In this document: positions 39,235 to 53,067 of the stretch, piece by piece
Layout: each line of letters opens with the position of its first letter
How positions within the stretch are numbered: position 1 is the first letter of the stretch
NCBI RefSeq assembly: GCF_006345805.1
Contig: NC_043001.1
Span: forward strand, 112,902,001 to 112,966,000
Direction: 5' to 3'
DNA length: 64,000 nt
Source of the DNA: Octopus sinensis
Taxonomy: Eukaryota
Translations under genes and position numbers: made by a program
The notes under the pieces: generated by a model
What the model was told of the DNA's origin: nothing
The model's input: only the letters and a program-made list of their open reading frames with translations
Database searches by the model: none

Positions 39235-39624
39235 GGATGGAAGCACTCCGTCAGTTACGACGATGAGGGTTCCGGTTGATCCGAATCAACGGAACAGTCT
39301 GCTCGTGAAATTAATGTGTAAGTGGCTGAGCACTCCACAGACACGTGCACCCTTTAACGTAGTTTTCGGGGATATTCAGCGTGACACAGAGAGTGACAAG
39401 GCCGGCCCCTTGAAATACAGGTACAACAGAAACAGGAAGTAAGAGTGAGAGAAAGTTGTGGTGAATGAGTACAGCAGGGATCACCACCATCCCCTGCCGG
39501 AGCCTCGTGGAGCTTTTTAGGTGTTTTCGCTCAATAAACACTCACAACGCCCGGTCTGGGAATGAAACCGCGATCCTATGACCGCGAGTCCGCTGCCCTA
39601 ACCACTGGGCCATTGCGCCTCCAC
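39235..39624 (-). mobile_element. SINE-D, full length, with 10-bp TSD
   Basis: TTTGGAGAAT at 39225-39234 and 39625-39634. Head GTGGAGGCGCAATGGCCCAGTGG on the minus strand. Confidence 0.93.
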
Positions 39625-41525
39625 TTTGGAGAATAAAGCATTATAGTTATGAAGTTACATGCATTAAAGTAATTTCAGTTGAATATTGCATAGTTAACAT
39701 CTTCAAAAGGAGGCCCCGGTTTTATTGTGGTCGCTGAAAAAGGGGCAGAGAAGACGGTGAAGACCAGTTAAACTATTATAAGCTTGTGGGAGTGGCTGGA
39801 GTATTTGTGAGCCTAAATTTGCTTCAGTCTGCTTCTGTTTCATTATGACTAGTGGGTTAATGAGTAGTGAGTTAAGGTGTTGGGTTCTTTCATGTCCTGG
39901 GGGTGGGGTGGGGTGGGGATATTATTATTGGGTAATAATAATCTTTATATTTGTTACTCTCCTCTTTTTCTTTTTCTTATATCACTACTACTGCCATCGC
40001 TGGCACTGTGACTGTTACCATTACCATCACCATAAATGCTACACTTACTACTACTACCACCACCACCACCACCACCATGATCATTGTTACCAACACCATC
40101 GCTCATCACCGCTCCCACCATCACTTCCTTTGCCACCCCTACCATCATCTAACCATCACTAACACCATCCTACCATCATCGCTAACACCATCATCATCAG
40201 TGACACTGTTACTACCATCATCATCATCATCATCATCTCTATTGTCATCACTACCACTGTCACCACTTACCATTATCATCACCACCACCACCACTACCCA
40301 CCACTACTAATTACCATGGTCACCATTAACTTTCACAATTGTCATTAACTGCCATAACCACCACCATTACTTTCACCACTACCACTATAATTTCTATCAT
40401 CCACCACCATCACCACCACCACCTCCATTACCATCACCATCATCACTATATATACATATCTATATACCAACAGCATACCCAGAAGTTTTCTGTTTTTTCT
40501 CATAATAACTTGAGGGTGCTGAGATAGCTTATTTACTTTCTCAACATCAGTTCTGTTTGGAGTTTGGTATTCAATCAAAACAGTGAAGAAAGGTTATAAG
40601 GGGCTATGCAAATATAAAAAAAATGGAAGAAATTACTCCCTCCTGGTTTTATGTTTGCATCCAGTAATTTGTTGCTACAGGCTCACACTGAATAAATTAA
40701 AGTTTTTAAATACACAAGAGCATTTGACCATATGAAACTCAAGTGCACTCGAACACAGTAAGAACACATTAAACTCATTTACACTGTTTCACTTTGATTT
40801 CAGTAATTTCCTATGCACCATAAATATGTTCTCTACGCTAAGTCTTTGAACCTATTAAAGATGTTTTAATACATAAGCTCTGACCGAACTCATTAAGCAC
40901 ATGTTGATCAGGAATAGTTTAGACACGTTAGATTCATAAGCAACATAAGAAGCATTGGAGACATACACGTTTGGAATGCCGAGGTTTAAGTACTAACCAC
41001 ATGTTCCAGAGTTCAAACATTTGTCTAAAACTATTTTGGCATGTCCCTGTGCAACCTCAGTTATTTTGTGGTTAGCATATTCTGCTTTTCCCTCATCGCT
41101 GAGTGAAAGTAATACTATTATTGCAATCAAAACAATTAACTCTTACAACAGATTATTTTACTAGTATTTATTCAATTAATATTTGTGTAAGGGACTGCCA
41201 AGTTGATTCTTTGTAAACTAAGCATACTTGTCATGGTAGGATCTGGATTAGTGACATAAGGTGGAGTGAAATTAAATACGGACTGTGCCAATCTTCTGTT
41301 CTTAGAGTAATGGTAATCTTAAAGGATATCTCTCTCAAATGCAATATCAAATGTATAAACTGGTGGTGCCATTGATACCAGCATGAGAAAATATCATTAA
41401 AAGCAGAGTTAAAAAAAACAAAGAAAAGAATGGTAGCACAATACTGGTGGTACCCCAGCATGGCCACAACCTTCAGGCTGAAACACATGACAGAATAAAA
41501 CAGACATGCATATATACACAAATAT

Positions 41526-41557
<32 letters not shown>

Positions 41558-42509
41558 ACCACATGTATGCATATATATATTTGTGTAATAAACCCACCAT
41601 TGATTTCATGTTAAGAAAAATAGAAAAATATCTTAATATCTTTACAAATTTTCAGGCCGATTACATGAAACCAATGGTAGCCTTAATACACAAATAAAGA
41701 AATTCTATCCACCAGTGCAGTGTTGAGCACTCATTTTCATCATTCGACATTCATGTGTGTGTGTGTGTGTATAAATATATATATATATATATATATATGA
41801 AACGGGAAAATATTTGGTATATGTATAAATATATACAGCACATTATTGAGCACATGCATGATGATTACTTTGATACACGAACACTTCTAACGTATATGCA
41901 GTTGACATATATGAGAACATACCATTAAGAACATTGTGCATTACTGTATACTTGAACAAGCCGGACTTTATAAGAGACATCATAAATTTTTGACCAAAGG
42001 GTCATTTGCGGCTCATAAATGCATCGAATACAGGATCCCTTTGAAAACAAAGGAACCACACATCATACGAAGAAAGAAGTAAGGTTTAGTGAATTACTAA
42101 CCACATAACCCCCCCCCCTTCTCCTTTCTTCTGTAGCAGTAAAACAAAATTATATACATTACTGAAAAGCTGGACATCCTATCTTTATCTTCTATTTAAG
42201 TCAAAACTATATAGGTGTACTGTACAAGAAGGCCACTGTTACTGCTTGCTATTCTGCTGTATTTCTTATTTCTCTCTCAACCAATCTTCAATTCAGCAAT
42301 GACCTGGTAAAGAGATAAATGACCATGGACACTGCCATTTATTTCTCATGATCTAACAGATAAAATAGTGTTGGCAGAAAATTTGACAGCCTTTTTCTCC
42401 AACTAAATCAAGACAGCCTTCCTGTTGAGCCAAAATTTCTCCACCATCCCTCTTTAATATCTGATGGTTTTTATGAGAACTCTTGTCAAATGTTCCCATG
42501 GAACTGTTG

Positions 42510-42547
<38 letters not shown>

Positions 42548-42648
42548 ACACACACACACATTCACATGATCGATATAATCTCTTTCCTCCTTGATAGGAA
42601 GTGACTTAAATGCGTGTATCTGTGTTTGTATTCTATTTATATAAATAC

Positions 42649-42684
<36 letters not shown>

Positions 42685-42704
42685 CTGTGTGTGTTTGAGA
42701 GAGA

Positions 42705-42735
<31 letters not shown>

Positions 42736-42924
42736 TGATGGAGTGAGAAGGAAAGGTGTAAGCATGTGTGCTTATTTTATTTTCTTGTTAGTTTGTTTTT
42801 TGGTTTCCGCAATACAGCAGAACACGTGTTTTATAAACACTGATATTGTTGTTTCTATTCCTTGCTAAGAACACCTGTAACTTTCTACTATTTGATATGC
42901 ACAATCCGATTTTTGGGGGTAACT

Positions 42925-43226
42925 GATTAACACCACCACCACCACCACCACCACCACCGCTGCCTTCAATGCTACTGCTGATACTACTACTACTACTACT
43001 ACCACCACCACCTTCATTACCACCAACACCACCACCACCACTACCACTGCCTTCAATGCTACTGCTGCTACTACTACTACTACCACCACCACCACCACCA
43101 CCATCCTCATTACCACCACCACCACCACCACCATCCTCATTACCACCACCACCACCACGACCACTACTACTACTACTACTACCACTACCACCACCACCAC
43201 TACCACTGCCTTCAATGCCACTGCTG

Positions 43227-43257
<31 letters not shown>

Positions 43258-43310
43258 CACCACCATCCTCATTACCACCACCACCACCACCACTACTACT
43301 ACTACTTATG
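42925..43310. repeat. Compound (CAC)/(TAC)n array with higher-order unit
   Basis: GCCTTCAATGCYACTGCTG recurs three times within the triplet repeats. Confidence 0.9.
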
Positions 43311-44007
43311 TTGAAGTATTACTACTGTTAGCCATCTTGTAAAGCTCAGTATTTTTTGAGATCTGTCCTCACTATTTATTCCTGCGTCTTCGCTTAACTT
43401 TTTGCTTAGCTCTGTTTTCTTTAACTCTCCCTTGATCTTGACATGGTGTTCTCTTTTCCTCTTGTCTCTCTCTCTTCCCTGGCATTTATCATCCACACAG
43501 GCACAAACACACCAACTTGGAGCTACGATAAGAAAAGCTTCTGTTATGAAATGTCATTTTTAAGGTCTAACAATTCTGTATAAGGTTTATACTGGAGAAG
43601 TTAGTTATATTACTTACTAAACCTCACTCTGATTTCTCAGTCATTTTCAAGATTAATTGAAACACAAATGTGTGTGTGTGTGTGTGTGTGTGTAAGAAAA
43701 TGAGATCACTAAGGAATAAACAATCTACTATAATAATACTCTTGTGTTTTTCTCCATCACTACATATGAATGAGAAAGGAAGGGTTGATAGATGAATAAG
43801 GAAGGAAGGGGTGATGGCAAACTGGTAGTGGGAGTGTTTCTACTCTGTGTGAGTATGTGTGTGTGTGTATGTAAAAAGGAGGTATGTGAATGTTTGTGTG
43901 TACATCAAAAAACAACCACTAGATAATATTGACAAGTGTATTAATTCGATTTACCATCCATATTTATATAGAAAATACTACAATTAGCCGGATAGTTATC
44001 TTATAAA

Positions 44008-44128
44008 CTTCATTAGCTTGCAGTTGTTTCTATTATAAGATGAGGATGCAGTAGACTCATAGTTGTGTGCTGAAGCTATCAGGTGTTACTCTGCATCTTA
44101 TAGCCGAAACAGCTGTAAGCTAATGAAG
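44008..44128. repeat. Foldback (MITE-like) element with ~35-bp imperfect terminal inverted repeats
   Basis: 30 of 35 positions are complementary between the arms. A related remnant lies at about 29090-29130. Confidence 0.75.
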
Positions 44129-44258
44129 ATAATCATTTTCATATTACTGCTCTGTACACAACTAATGCTTCATTCGAAGTTTATGTATATTGGGTTCTAC
44201 ACCAGGTTGTCTCACAATGCCTAAGTAAAATATACATACATAGAGGAAATTGTAGTGG

Positions 44259-44640
44259 ATGCTGGTGTCATCTAAAGATCACCTTTCGAGCATGTTGGGT
44301 CTCACAGAGGCAAAGTGGCTGAGTTCCTTTCAAGTGTTGGGCCTCATGGAAGCAGTGACTGAGACCTTTGGCATTATGTTGTGCTTGAGAAAAAGACCCA
44401 TCAAGCTGAGCAAAACCACAGTCATGGCAGATGCTGGTGTCACACAAATGGCACCTGTGCCAGCGGCATATAAAAGCACCCACTACACTCTCAGAGTGGT
44501 TAGCTTTAGCTAGAGCATCCAGCCATAGAAAAGCATGCCTGATCAGACTGGAGTCTGGTGCAGCCTTCCAGCTTACCTGCCCTGATCAAACTGTCCAACC
44601 CATGCCAGCATGGACAATGGACATTAAATGATGATGATAA
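44259..44640 (+). mobile_element. Older family C copy with extended 5' region
   Basis: Core and tail diverged. The upstream GACCTTTGGC...GCTTGAGAA segment is also seen inverted at about 16100-16165. Confidence 0.75.
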
Positions 44641-45689
44641 TATATATATTTTTTAACTTGCATCTGCTGCATATTGTTTTTTTTTTTGATTCAGCTATTG
44701 TTTATATTTTTCTGTTACAGTCAATCCCCACTTGCGTTCCACTGTAACACCATTATTTTTTTTTATAACAGTTACCCAATCAACTTCAAAAGGTTATTTG
44801 TTGAACAAGTACCCTTAAATGCTTATACACATTTACTCAATTTATAAAATTTCTCTGCTAGTCTGTTTTATTACAACTGTGTGATGAACAGTCACTTGAA
44901 ACTCTGAGTAACACTTCATGAGTTTTTTTTTTCGATTTTATTCATGTAGTACATGTGTGTGTGTATTTGTGTCTGTCTTCCATCACCACTTTGACAACTG
45001 GTGTTGGTTTACATCACTGTAACTTAGCAGTTTGGCAAATTAGACCAATAGAATAAGAACCAGGTTTTTTCATGACTACACTTTCCAATATGACCTCCCT
45101 TTCCACATTTTTTTTTATATGTAGCAATGTGTGATTTAATGGAAATCTGGCTGCTATATCTAGCAAGTCAATAGACCGTGTAAAGGCTCCCATGATACGT
45201 TGCAATCATCCCTGCATGGATTAAAATCCAGTTTGTTTGACACTCTGGTCTAATTGTTTGTACTTATTTGATAGGCTCCCATTGAGATGATAGTCTAAGT
45301 CAACATTATGGAAGGGTTGAGCTGTGAAAATAGGTAACAAACACATTTGGCATTGGCGGTATTTATATTTGGCATCTGTCTCTGCACTAATTCAACTGTT
45401 CTTCTTTACACACAACCTTGCACATGGGGAGAATACTTAAATGACATGGACTATCTAGATTTTTCAGTATGGTGCTGTTGTTGTTTTTATATACGTAGTA
45501 GTATTAGGTGTAATGTTGTAGTGTTAACTCTTTCATTACTGTTCTGATGTTGGGGTACATCATTTTAGTTTTGATTAATTTTGAAAATGGTAAAGAATTT
45601 AGTAAAATAATTTTGTCATTATTAAGCTAGTGTTTGAAACATAAATTATCATGGAATTTTAAGGGGTGTTTCTAATTTAGCAAGGCACC

Positions 45690-46390
45690 TTTATTGGTGA
45701 CACATATGAGGCACCCTACCTGTGACATGTGTGAGGTACCCTTGCCAGTGACTTGTTTGAGGCACCCATGCCAGTGGCACATTAAAGGTACCTGTGCTAG
45801 TGACACACAAAAGGCACTCATGCTGGTAACATGCAAAAGGCTCTTGTGCAAGTGACACATAAGAGGCACCTGTGCTAGTGACACATAGAAGGCACCTGTG
45901 CCAGTAACATTTTAAAAGAACCTGTGCCAATGACGCATAAAAGACACCCAGTACATTTTGTGGGGTGGTTGGCATTAGGAAGGGCATCCAGTTATAAAAA
46001 CCGAGACAAAACAGACTGGACCCGGTACAGCTCTCTGACTTAACAGTTTCAGTCAAATCGTCTGACCCAGTGATTCTCAAACAGGGTTCATATGACCTTT
46101 GAATGTCATATAAGATCAGGTTAAAATTTAGGAACGTTAAATTGCTTATACTTCTATAATACACAAAATATTTTAACAATTTTTTTTAAACAATCCCTAA
46201 TAATATTTAATTATAAAAATATGGTAGGATATTTTTAAACATTGAATGGCTAGGAGAGTCCACCCCAAGTAAAATAAGGACTTAAAGGGGTTCATAGGTA
46301 AAAAATGGTTGAGAACCACTGGTCTAACCTGTGTCAGCATGGAAAATGGGTAGTAGATGATGATGATGGTGATGGTGGTGGTGGTGATGA
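45690..46390 (+). mobile_element. Old family C copy with a ~26-bp subunit array, interrupted by a hAT MITE
   Basis: Repeated GGCACCTGTGCTAGTGACACAT units, GGAAGGGCATCCAG core, tail resuming after 46329. Confidence 0.75.
46068..46321 (+). mobile_element. hAT MITE with 8-bp TSD
   Basis: CAGTGATTCTCAA / TTGAGAACCACTG TIRs. GTCTGACC / GTCTAACC TSD (7 of 8). Confidence 0.88.
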
Positions 46391-47314
46391 CTTTAAAATA
46401 GTAAGTTTATATCAAAGAATCCTAGGTGGTCTCAAGTGGGCTGATATCAAAGGGTTCAATTATCAATGAACTCAGAATTTATTTTGGTTCACAGTTTGAA
46501 GCATTTGTATTATTTTTGATCTTTTGGAAGAATTTAATATCCATAATTCACCATTTACCCTTCATGATATTAATGTTCAGGGGTATACTGTATGTACAGT
46601 AATATTGATACTGACTATTATTGTTGTTTAGTCTCAGAGTCAGTAGACCTTATGATCAAGAGCATTCCAGTCATGACTATCCTGCCTGTTTTTAAAGACA
46701 CGGTTTACTCTAGACTACATCACTCGTATGTGGCTTTTTATTTTAAAGATAATACTGTAATTTGAGGGACACTTAACTGCTACTTTCAGTAGCTCTAGTG
46801 ACCATATAATAATCTCCGTCATTGCTTAGTATCATAGAATAGTAGTAGCTAGTATTCTAGTATTGGGTCCACAGTCTGGTTTCAGTATTTAGTTGGAAAT
46901 GGTTTATTTAGTTTGTCAATGTCATTAGAAAATGATTCAACATCATAGTATCCCATTCTTCCTCTTTGCCTCCGAACCTTCGTGACTGCAAATTTTATGT
47001 TTGTAAATTTGTCTTGTCTCTGTATTTTATTCAACAGACTAATTCATTGCTATAAAATAACGTTTACTTCACCAGAACAGACTAGGACTAATTATAATTA
47101 CTATGGGATCATATCACTGTAAAGGTGAAATTTGAGCTGTGTTCAAAACATAGTGGTGGATTGTATGTGACGAGAGCAGATGCTCTGATCTGGTTGGTGA
47201 TTTCTCATTGATTTAGTGTAGATTATTGTTGTTTAGTCCTTACTGCTACTGCTGCTTCTACTTGTGATATTGGTTGGTTTCACTGATGGTTCTCATACTA
47301 TGATGTATAGCTAT

Positions 47315-47810
47315 GTCATAATTGGACTGATGGATAGACACATCGTAACTGGACTCTTGGATACATATATTATCACTGGACTCTTGGATACATATATTAT
47401 AACTGGACTCTTGGATAGATATATTATAACTGGACACTTTGGATATATATAATATAACTGGATTGCTGGATAAATATATCATGACTGGACTTAATGATAA
47501 ATACATTGTAATGCTATTTGATATCCATATGGATACAGATACAGCATAACTGGACTGATGGATGGTGATACATCCTATCTCTACTGATGGATAGAGATAC
47601 AGCCTAACCGCATCAATGGACTGCTAGATAGATACATCATAATTGCACTGCTGACAGATGCATTATAACTGGACCAATGGATAAGATACATTGTAACTGG
47701 ACAGATACATCGTTGAGTAAATAAATAACATCGTAAGTGGACTGATGGATCATAACTGTACTGATGAATTCATACATCATAAATGCCACATCATAACTGG
47801 ATTAACAGAG
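47315..47810. repeat. Degenerate 27-bp minisatellite
   Basis: Unit approximately ATTATAACTGGACTCTTGGATACATAT. Best preserved at 47340-47460 and decaying distally. Confidence 0.88.
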
Positions 47811-47942
47811 ATGATTTCAATGTATCTCTTCTGGTCCATGGCCCATGCCATGTTCCTGTCAACAGGTATTTAATGATTTTTTTATAGTATGATTACCACA
47901 GCCTTTACTGTCTTGTCATAAATATACACACACACACACACA

Positions 47943-47979
<37 letters not shown>

Positions 47980-48097
47980 CATATATATATACACACACAC
48001 ATATATATTTATACATATATATAAATATATATATATATACACATATATATTTACACATATATATATTTATACATATATATAATATATACATATATAT

Positions 48098-48193
<96 letters not shown>

Positions 48194-48669
48194 TATTAAA
48201 AAGTACCACTATTACTTGATTACACTTAACAAAATTGTGTTTAGTGTTCTTCTGAATGATATTGCTGTCTTTGAGATTGTTCATTGAACGGTGAAAACAT
48301 TCCTCCTTCCTTCCTCCACATTTTTATCAATTTAATTTAAGTAATGCTTCTTCTTCTTTTTTTGTTTTGTTCCTTTTTTCTTTTCTTTTATAGTATTTAT
48401 TTATTTATTCACTCATTCATTCATTTTCTGTGTCTATTTCCTGTTTGTTTGTTTATTTATTCAATGTGCTTTCCTGTTAAAAAAATCTGGATGGGGGTAG
48501 GGGCCGCCTGTAATATTTACATATACATTCTTTTGAGTTATTTTTATTATTATTTTTATTATTTTTTTTTTCCGGTGGCAACGTTGGGTGGGGGATGGGT
48601 GCTGAGAGGTGTTGCATGGTATAGTTAGCACAGTATCTAATTGTGTTGTCAATTTTTTGTTGTTGTTGT

Positions 48670-48685
48670 TACTATTATTATCATA

Positions 48686-48721
<36 letters not shown>

Positions 48722-48935
48722 TTATTATTATTATTATTATTATTATTTATTATTTTTTATTTTTTATTTTTTTTTATTATTATTATTATCTATTTATTAT
48801 TATATTATTTTATTATTATTTTTATTATTATTATTATTGTTATTATATTTTATTATTATTATTTATTATTATTATTATTACTATTTTTTATTATTATTAT
48901 TATTATTATATTATTATATTATAATTATTATTATT
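48670..48935. repeat. (TAT)n microsatellite
   Basis: Directly visible. Confidence 0.95.
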
Positions 48936-49607
48936 GGTGTTAGTATTTTTATTTATATTTATCAGAGCATGTTTCCAGATTTCTATATGAGTGATGTGTG
49001 CAATTCTTTTCTCTAACCTCCCTCTCTTTCTCTCTGTCTGTCTGTCTGTCTCTCTGTCTCTCTCCGTTATATTTTATTTTTTTTTTTAGTATACTTTGAA
49101 AAAATATCTTTATTGTGGCAAATGTTGCTATGAAAGGCTTTGTTATTTTTAATTTTCTTCATTTGAGGAAGTTTAGTAGCCAGTAAGGATGAATGGTGGG
49201 GTAAAAACAGAATGCTAGGAAAATAAATAAACTGGTCTTTTAAATTTTTCTATAAATTATTTTTGTGCATGATTTATATAGGTATATATATTCAATGAAC
49301 CCTCATTAAACTGTACTAATGGGGAGTCAAAGTTGCCCATTTTAGCTGATTGTCTGAATTACCTCATAGTAAATTTTAATATGGTGTAAACGTATGATGT
49401 TGGAAATACATGCTGAATATGATAAGCCATAAGAAAATTGCACCATTAAAAACATGTCATCACTCGTGAGGGATAATAACTAGGTAGAATGTACCCTGCT
49501 TTTGCTAATTGTTTTAGGTGTATGTGTAGCTGTGAGCAGACATAGATACCATCTTAGGTTTCCTGTTCTTTAACCCAGCTGGTCATCGATGTAATAACTT
49601 CTTCAGA

Positions 49608-49932
49608 GACGGCCGTTTGCCAGCCTCATCTGGCACCTGTGTCGGTGGCACATAAAAACACCATCCGAGCGTGGCCGTCTGCCAGCCTCGTCTGGCACCT
49701 GTGTCGGTGGCACATAAAAAACACCATCCGAGCGTGGCCGTTCGCCAGCCTCGTCTGGCACCTGTGTCGGTGGCACATAAAATCACCCACTACACTCTCG
49801 GAGTGGTTGGCGTTAGGAAGGGCATCCAGCTGTAGAAACACTGCCAGATCTGACTGGCCTGGTGCAGCCTTCGGGCTCCCCAGACCCCAGTTGAACCGTC
49901 CAACCCATGCTAGCATGGAAAGCGGACGTTAA

Positions 49933-49965
<33 letters not shown>
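49608..49965 (+). mobile_element. Family C retroposon with a 62-63-bp array
   Basis: GCCAGCC at 49619, 49681 and 49744, then core and (GAT)n tail. Confidence 0.92.
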
Positions 49966-49967
<2 letters not shown>

Positions 49968-51039
49968 GACAAGGTCTCTTCAAGAATTCTGTCTTTTGCA
50001 ACTCTTACATGCTTCCTTGTACCAATGGATAATAAATAATTCAAAATTTGCATCTGTTATTTTTTCAAAGAAAATTAAGTGAATTTGTCCTTACTTTTAT
50101 GTATATCTTAAACAGTTTGCTTTTTAACACCATAATCTTCATAAAACCTCACCGCTAAAGCAGCAGTCTCTAACTTCCTTATAAGTTCCAGTTTCTAGTT
50201 CGCAGACAGAATCACATACTACCTTTTTACAGTATATTAATTAGTTCACCTTGAAGACATAATGTAGAATGCAAGGCTGACAGATGCATAAGAACAAACC
50301 AAAAAAAAAAAAAAAAGAGAGACAGAGAGAGAGAGCAATACAACTTGTATTGTGAATGATAGTTATTATCATAGTGCAACCATGCTGAACCTACCAGTCA
50401 GCAATTTCATGTAGATGGAATGAATGCCTTAGTACACTATAGTATAGTGATGGTTTATCTGTACTCTAGAGTAATGTTGGTGGTGTATACATACTTTATA
50501 TCAGTATTTGATGGTATCAGCTGTATAAACTGTAGTGTCTTCAAAACCAACTGCTGAAAGCAAAAGATTTCAGTAATTTCAGATCTCAGCAGTGAAGCAT
50601 GTGCACCTCAGTTGGTTTGACTTAGCAGTGATCAGTGTCTGTCTGTAGATAGATGGATGGATAGATAGATATTGTATATATATATATATATAATATATAT
50701 ATATATATAGGGGGAGAGAGAGAGAGAGTGACAGCCTGCTGGATACCCCGAAGGTGTTTTTCTTCATTATTAGCATCACTATTTTCTCTCTTTCTCTGTG
50801 TGTGTGTGTATATATATATATATAATATATATATATAATATATATATATATAAAAACATATATATATATATATATATAACCATATATATATATATATAAA
50901 AACATATATATACATATATATATATAACCATATATATATATATATATATACATAATATATATATAAACATATATATATACACATAATATATATATAAACA
51001 TATATATATATACATACATACATACATACATACATATAA

Positions 51040-51094
<55 letters not shown>

Positions 51095-51104
51095 CATATA
51101 CATA

Positions 51105-51309
51105 CATGTGACCGCATGTGTACCGTTGGTGATTTTTTTTCCTCCGTCTTCCTTCTTTGGATCTTTCCTTTTCCTATGTTTCTGACGAAGAACTCCGCTA
51201 GAAACGTTAAACCCTCCTTCTTTCCTTCTTTCCTGGGCATCCAATAATGCTATACTTGTTCCACGTCCTCGTGTTGTTGTGTTTTCTCTTTGTGTTTTCA
51301 TGTTTGGAT

Positions 51310-51313
<4 letters not shown>
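51105..51313 (+). mobile_element. (TA)n-embedded module with a hammerhead-like motif
   Basis: 51178-51212 reads GTTT-CTGACGA-A-GAACTCCGCTA-GAAACGT-T-AAAC. Core and stem I are intact; stem II is decayed. Confidence 0.6.
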
Positions 51314-51348
<35 letters not shown>

Positions 51349-52479
51349 TGTTAAGACTAACTGGAGCGAATATAATTTGTGAATTTCGGGAATTTTGTCA
51401 AACCATATCAATTCCACTACATATTTCTAACTGCAATTCGATTAATATAAATTAACTAGATTGAAACATCTTTTGCCTTTACCATTTGGCTTTAAAAGCA
51501 AATTCAACTCCTTAATGCAGTGTATTTATGTTTTAAAAAAATGAATTAGTTGATATTATTGGAGTTATTTACCTTGCTTCCTGTTATTCAACCTTAAAGG
51601 GAGATTTTGGCTTACAGTTGCAAGGCTAATTTCAGATAATTGGAAATTTTTCCAGTTCACTGTTTTGTGCTCCTTATTGTGTGACTACTACATGTATTTG
51701 TGCATATCCTTTTTTTTTGTGCCTCACACTGTATATTTTTTTATCTCCTGACTTCTTGGCTAATTTGTCTCTTATCTCACTTAAGACCACCACAGAAGTG
51801 TGAGATAAGTTCCATACCAATGACCACATATTGCATTTACCACACTTAAATTGATAATGCCGGTCAATCTACACTAGTTATATTGATGATATCAGTGTCC
51901 ACTAGTTACATTAATCATGCAAATGACCTCCACCACAGTCCATTGGTGTGTTGCTGATATTCTTATATACCTCAGCTATTTTCCTGATATTAACACATTC
52001 TTGCGCCAGACGGCTATCTACCTCCATGTCTGTCTTTGGTTTTTTGTCCTTCTCTATTTGTTTGTGTGATTCTCTCCTTTGTCTCTCATATGTCTGTTTA
52101 TCTACTGTCTTTGTTTATCTAAATAGCAATCTGTCTATCGATATCTATCTGTAGTATTTCAGCATCTTTCTGTGTCTGTCTGTTCATGTATTTATCTCCG
52201 TTTCTTCTTTGTCAGTATGCCTGTCTGTCTCTGTGTATGCCTATGCATCAGTCATATAAACCTACGTTCTTCTGTTTACCGTTTTTATATTCTTACATGT
52301 TTATTTTCTCTTTTCTCTCGCCTATTACATGCCTTAAGGTGTTAGAACTGATTGTTCTGACTATAAATCCTATCACTGTGCATGCCATTTGTGGCAAAAA
52401 TCAATGAAACATTGTTCCACTGCTTTCCACTGTCATCATCCTCCCTGTTTTTTGTTTTTTTTTTGTTGAAGGCAATAGC

Positions 52480-52526
<47 letters not shown>

Positions 52527-53025
52527 TAGCAACGGCAAGAGATTGTTGCTCTAGCAAAGATTCTTATTCCCTTTGGTTGGTTTTAGGAGAAAATAATGAT
52601 GCCGAAGGTCCTTATAATACAATATGTTCCCTGCCTTAGTGTGGCATCGATGCTGTCTTGGTGATCTTTGGTGGGTGGGTGGGTGGCTGGCTGGTTGTGG
52701 AGATGAGAATGAATTACTAAACTCCTGCATTCTTTTTCTTTGTCTATAATTATTTACTGTGCATTTTATTGTATTTATTATTGGAATAAGGGAATCTCCT
52801 GAAAGATTTTCATTGGTTGTATTGACCTTTTTCAATTTTTCTTCTTTTTACCCTTGTTTTCATGACTTTGCTATTTTCTGGTAACATTATTCTGAATATT
52901 TCTTTCCGAAATGGCGATCGTTTTCTTCACTCTGTATGTAAAGAACGACCAAATGTTGTTCACATTTTCTATTTTTTATTGCCTTACTGAAGAATTTCCA
53001 TATTAATGTACCTATAATGTTTCTT

Positions 53026-53067
<42 letters not shown>

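Noticed and set aside
39540-39624. tRNA-like sequences with A and B boxes
   Set aside because: These are SINE heads attached to SINE bodies and TSDs; no complete acceptor stem is evident.
50579-51301. Longest ORF in the track (240 aa) and the many YI/CV/HT/poly-T/poly-V ORFs
   Set aside because: Translations of (TA)n, (TG)n, (CA)n and triplet microsatellites, with no domain content or splice support.
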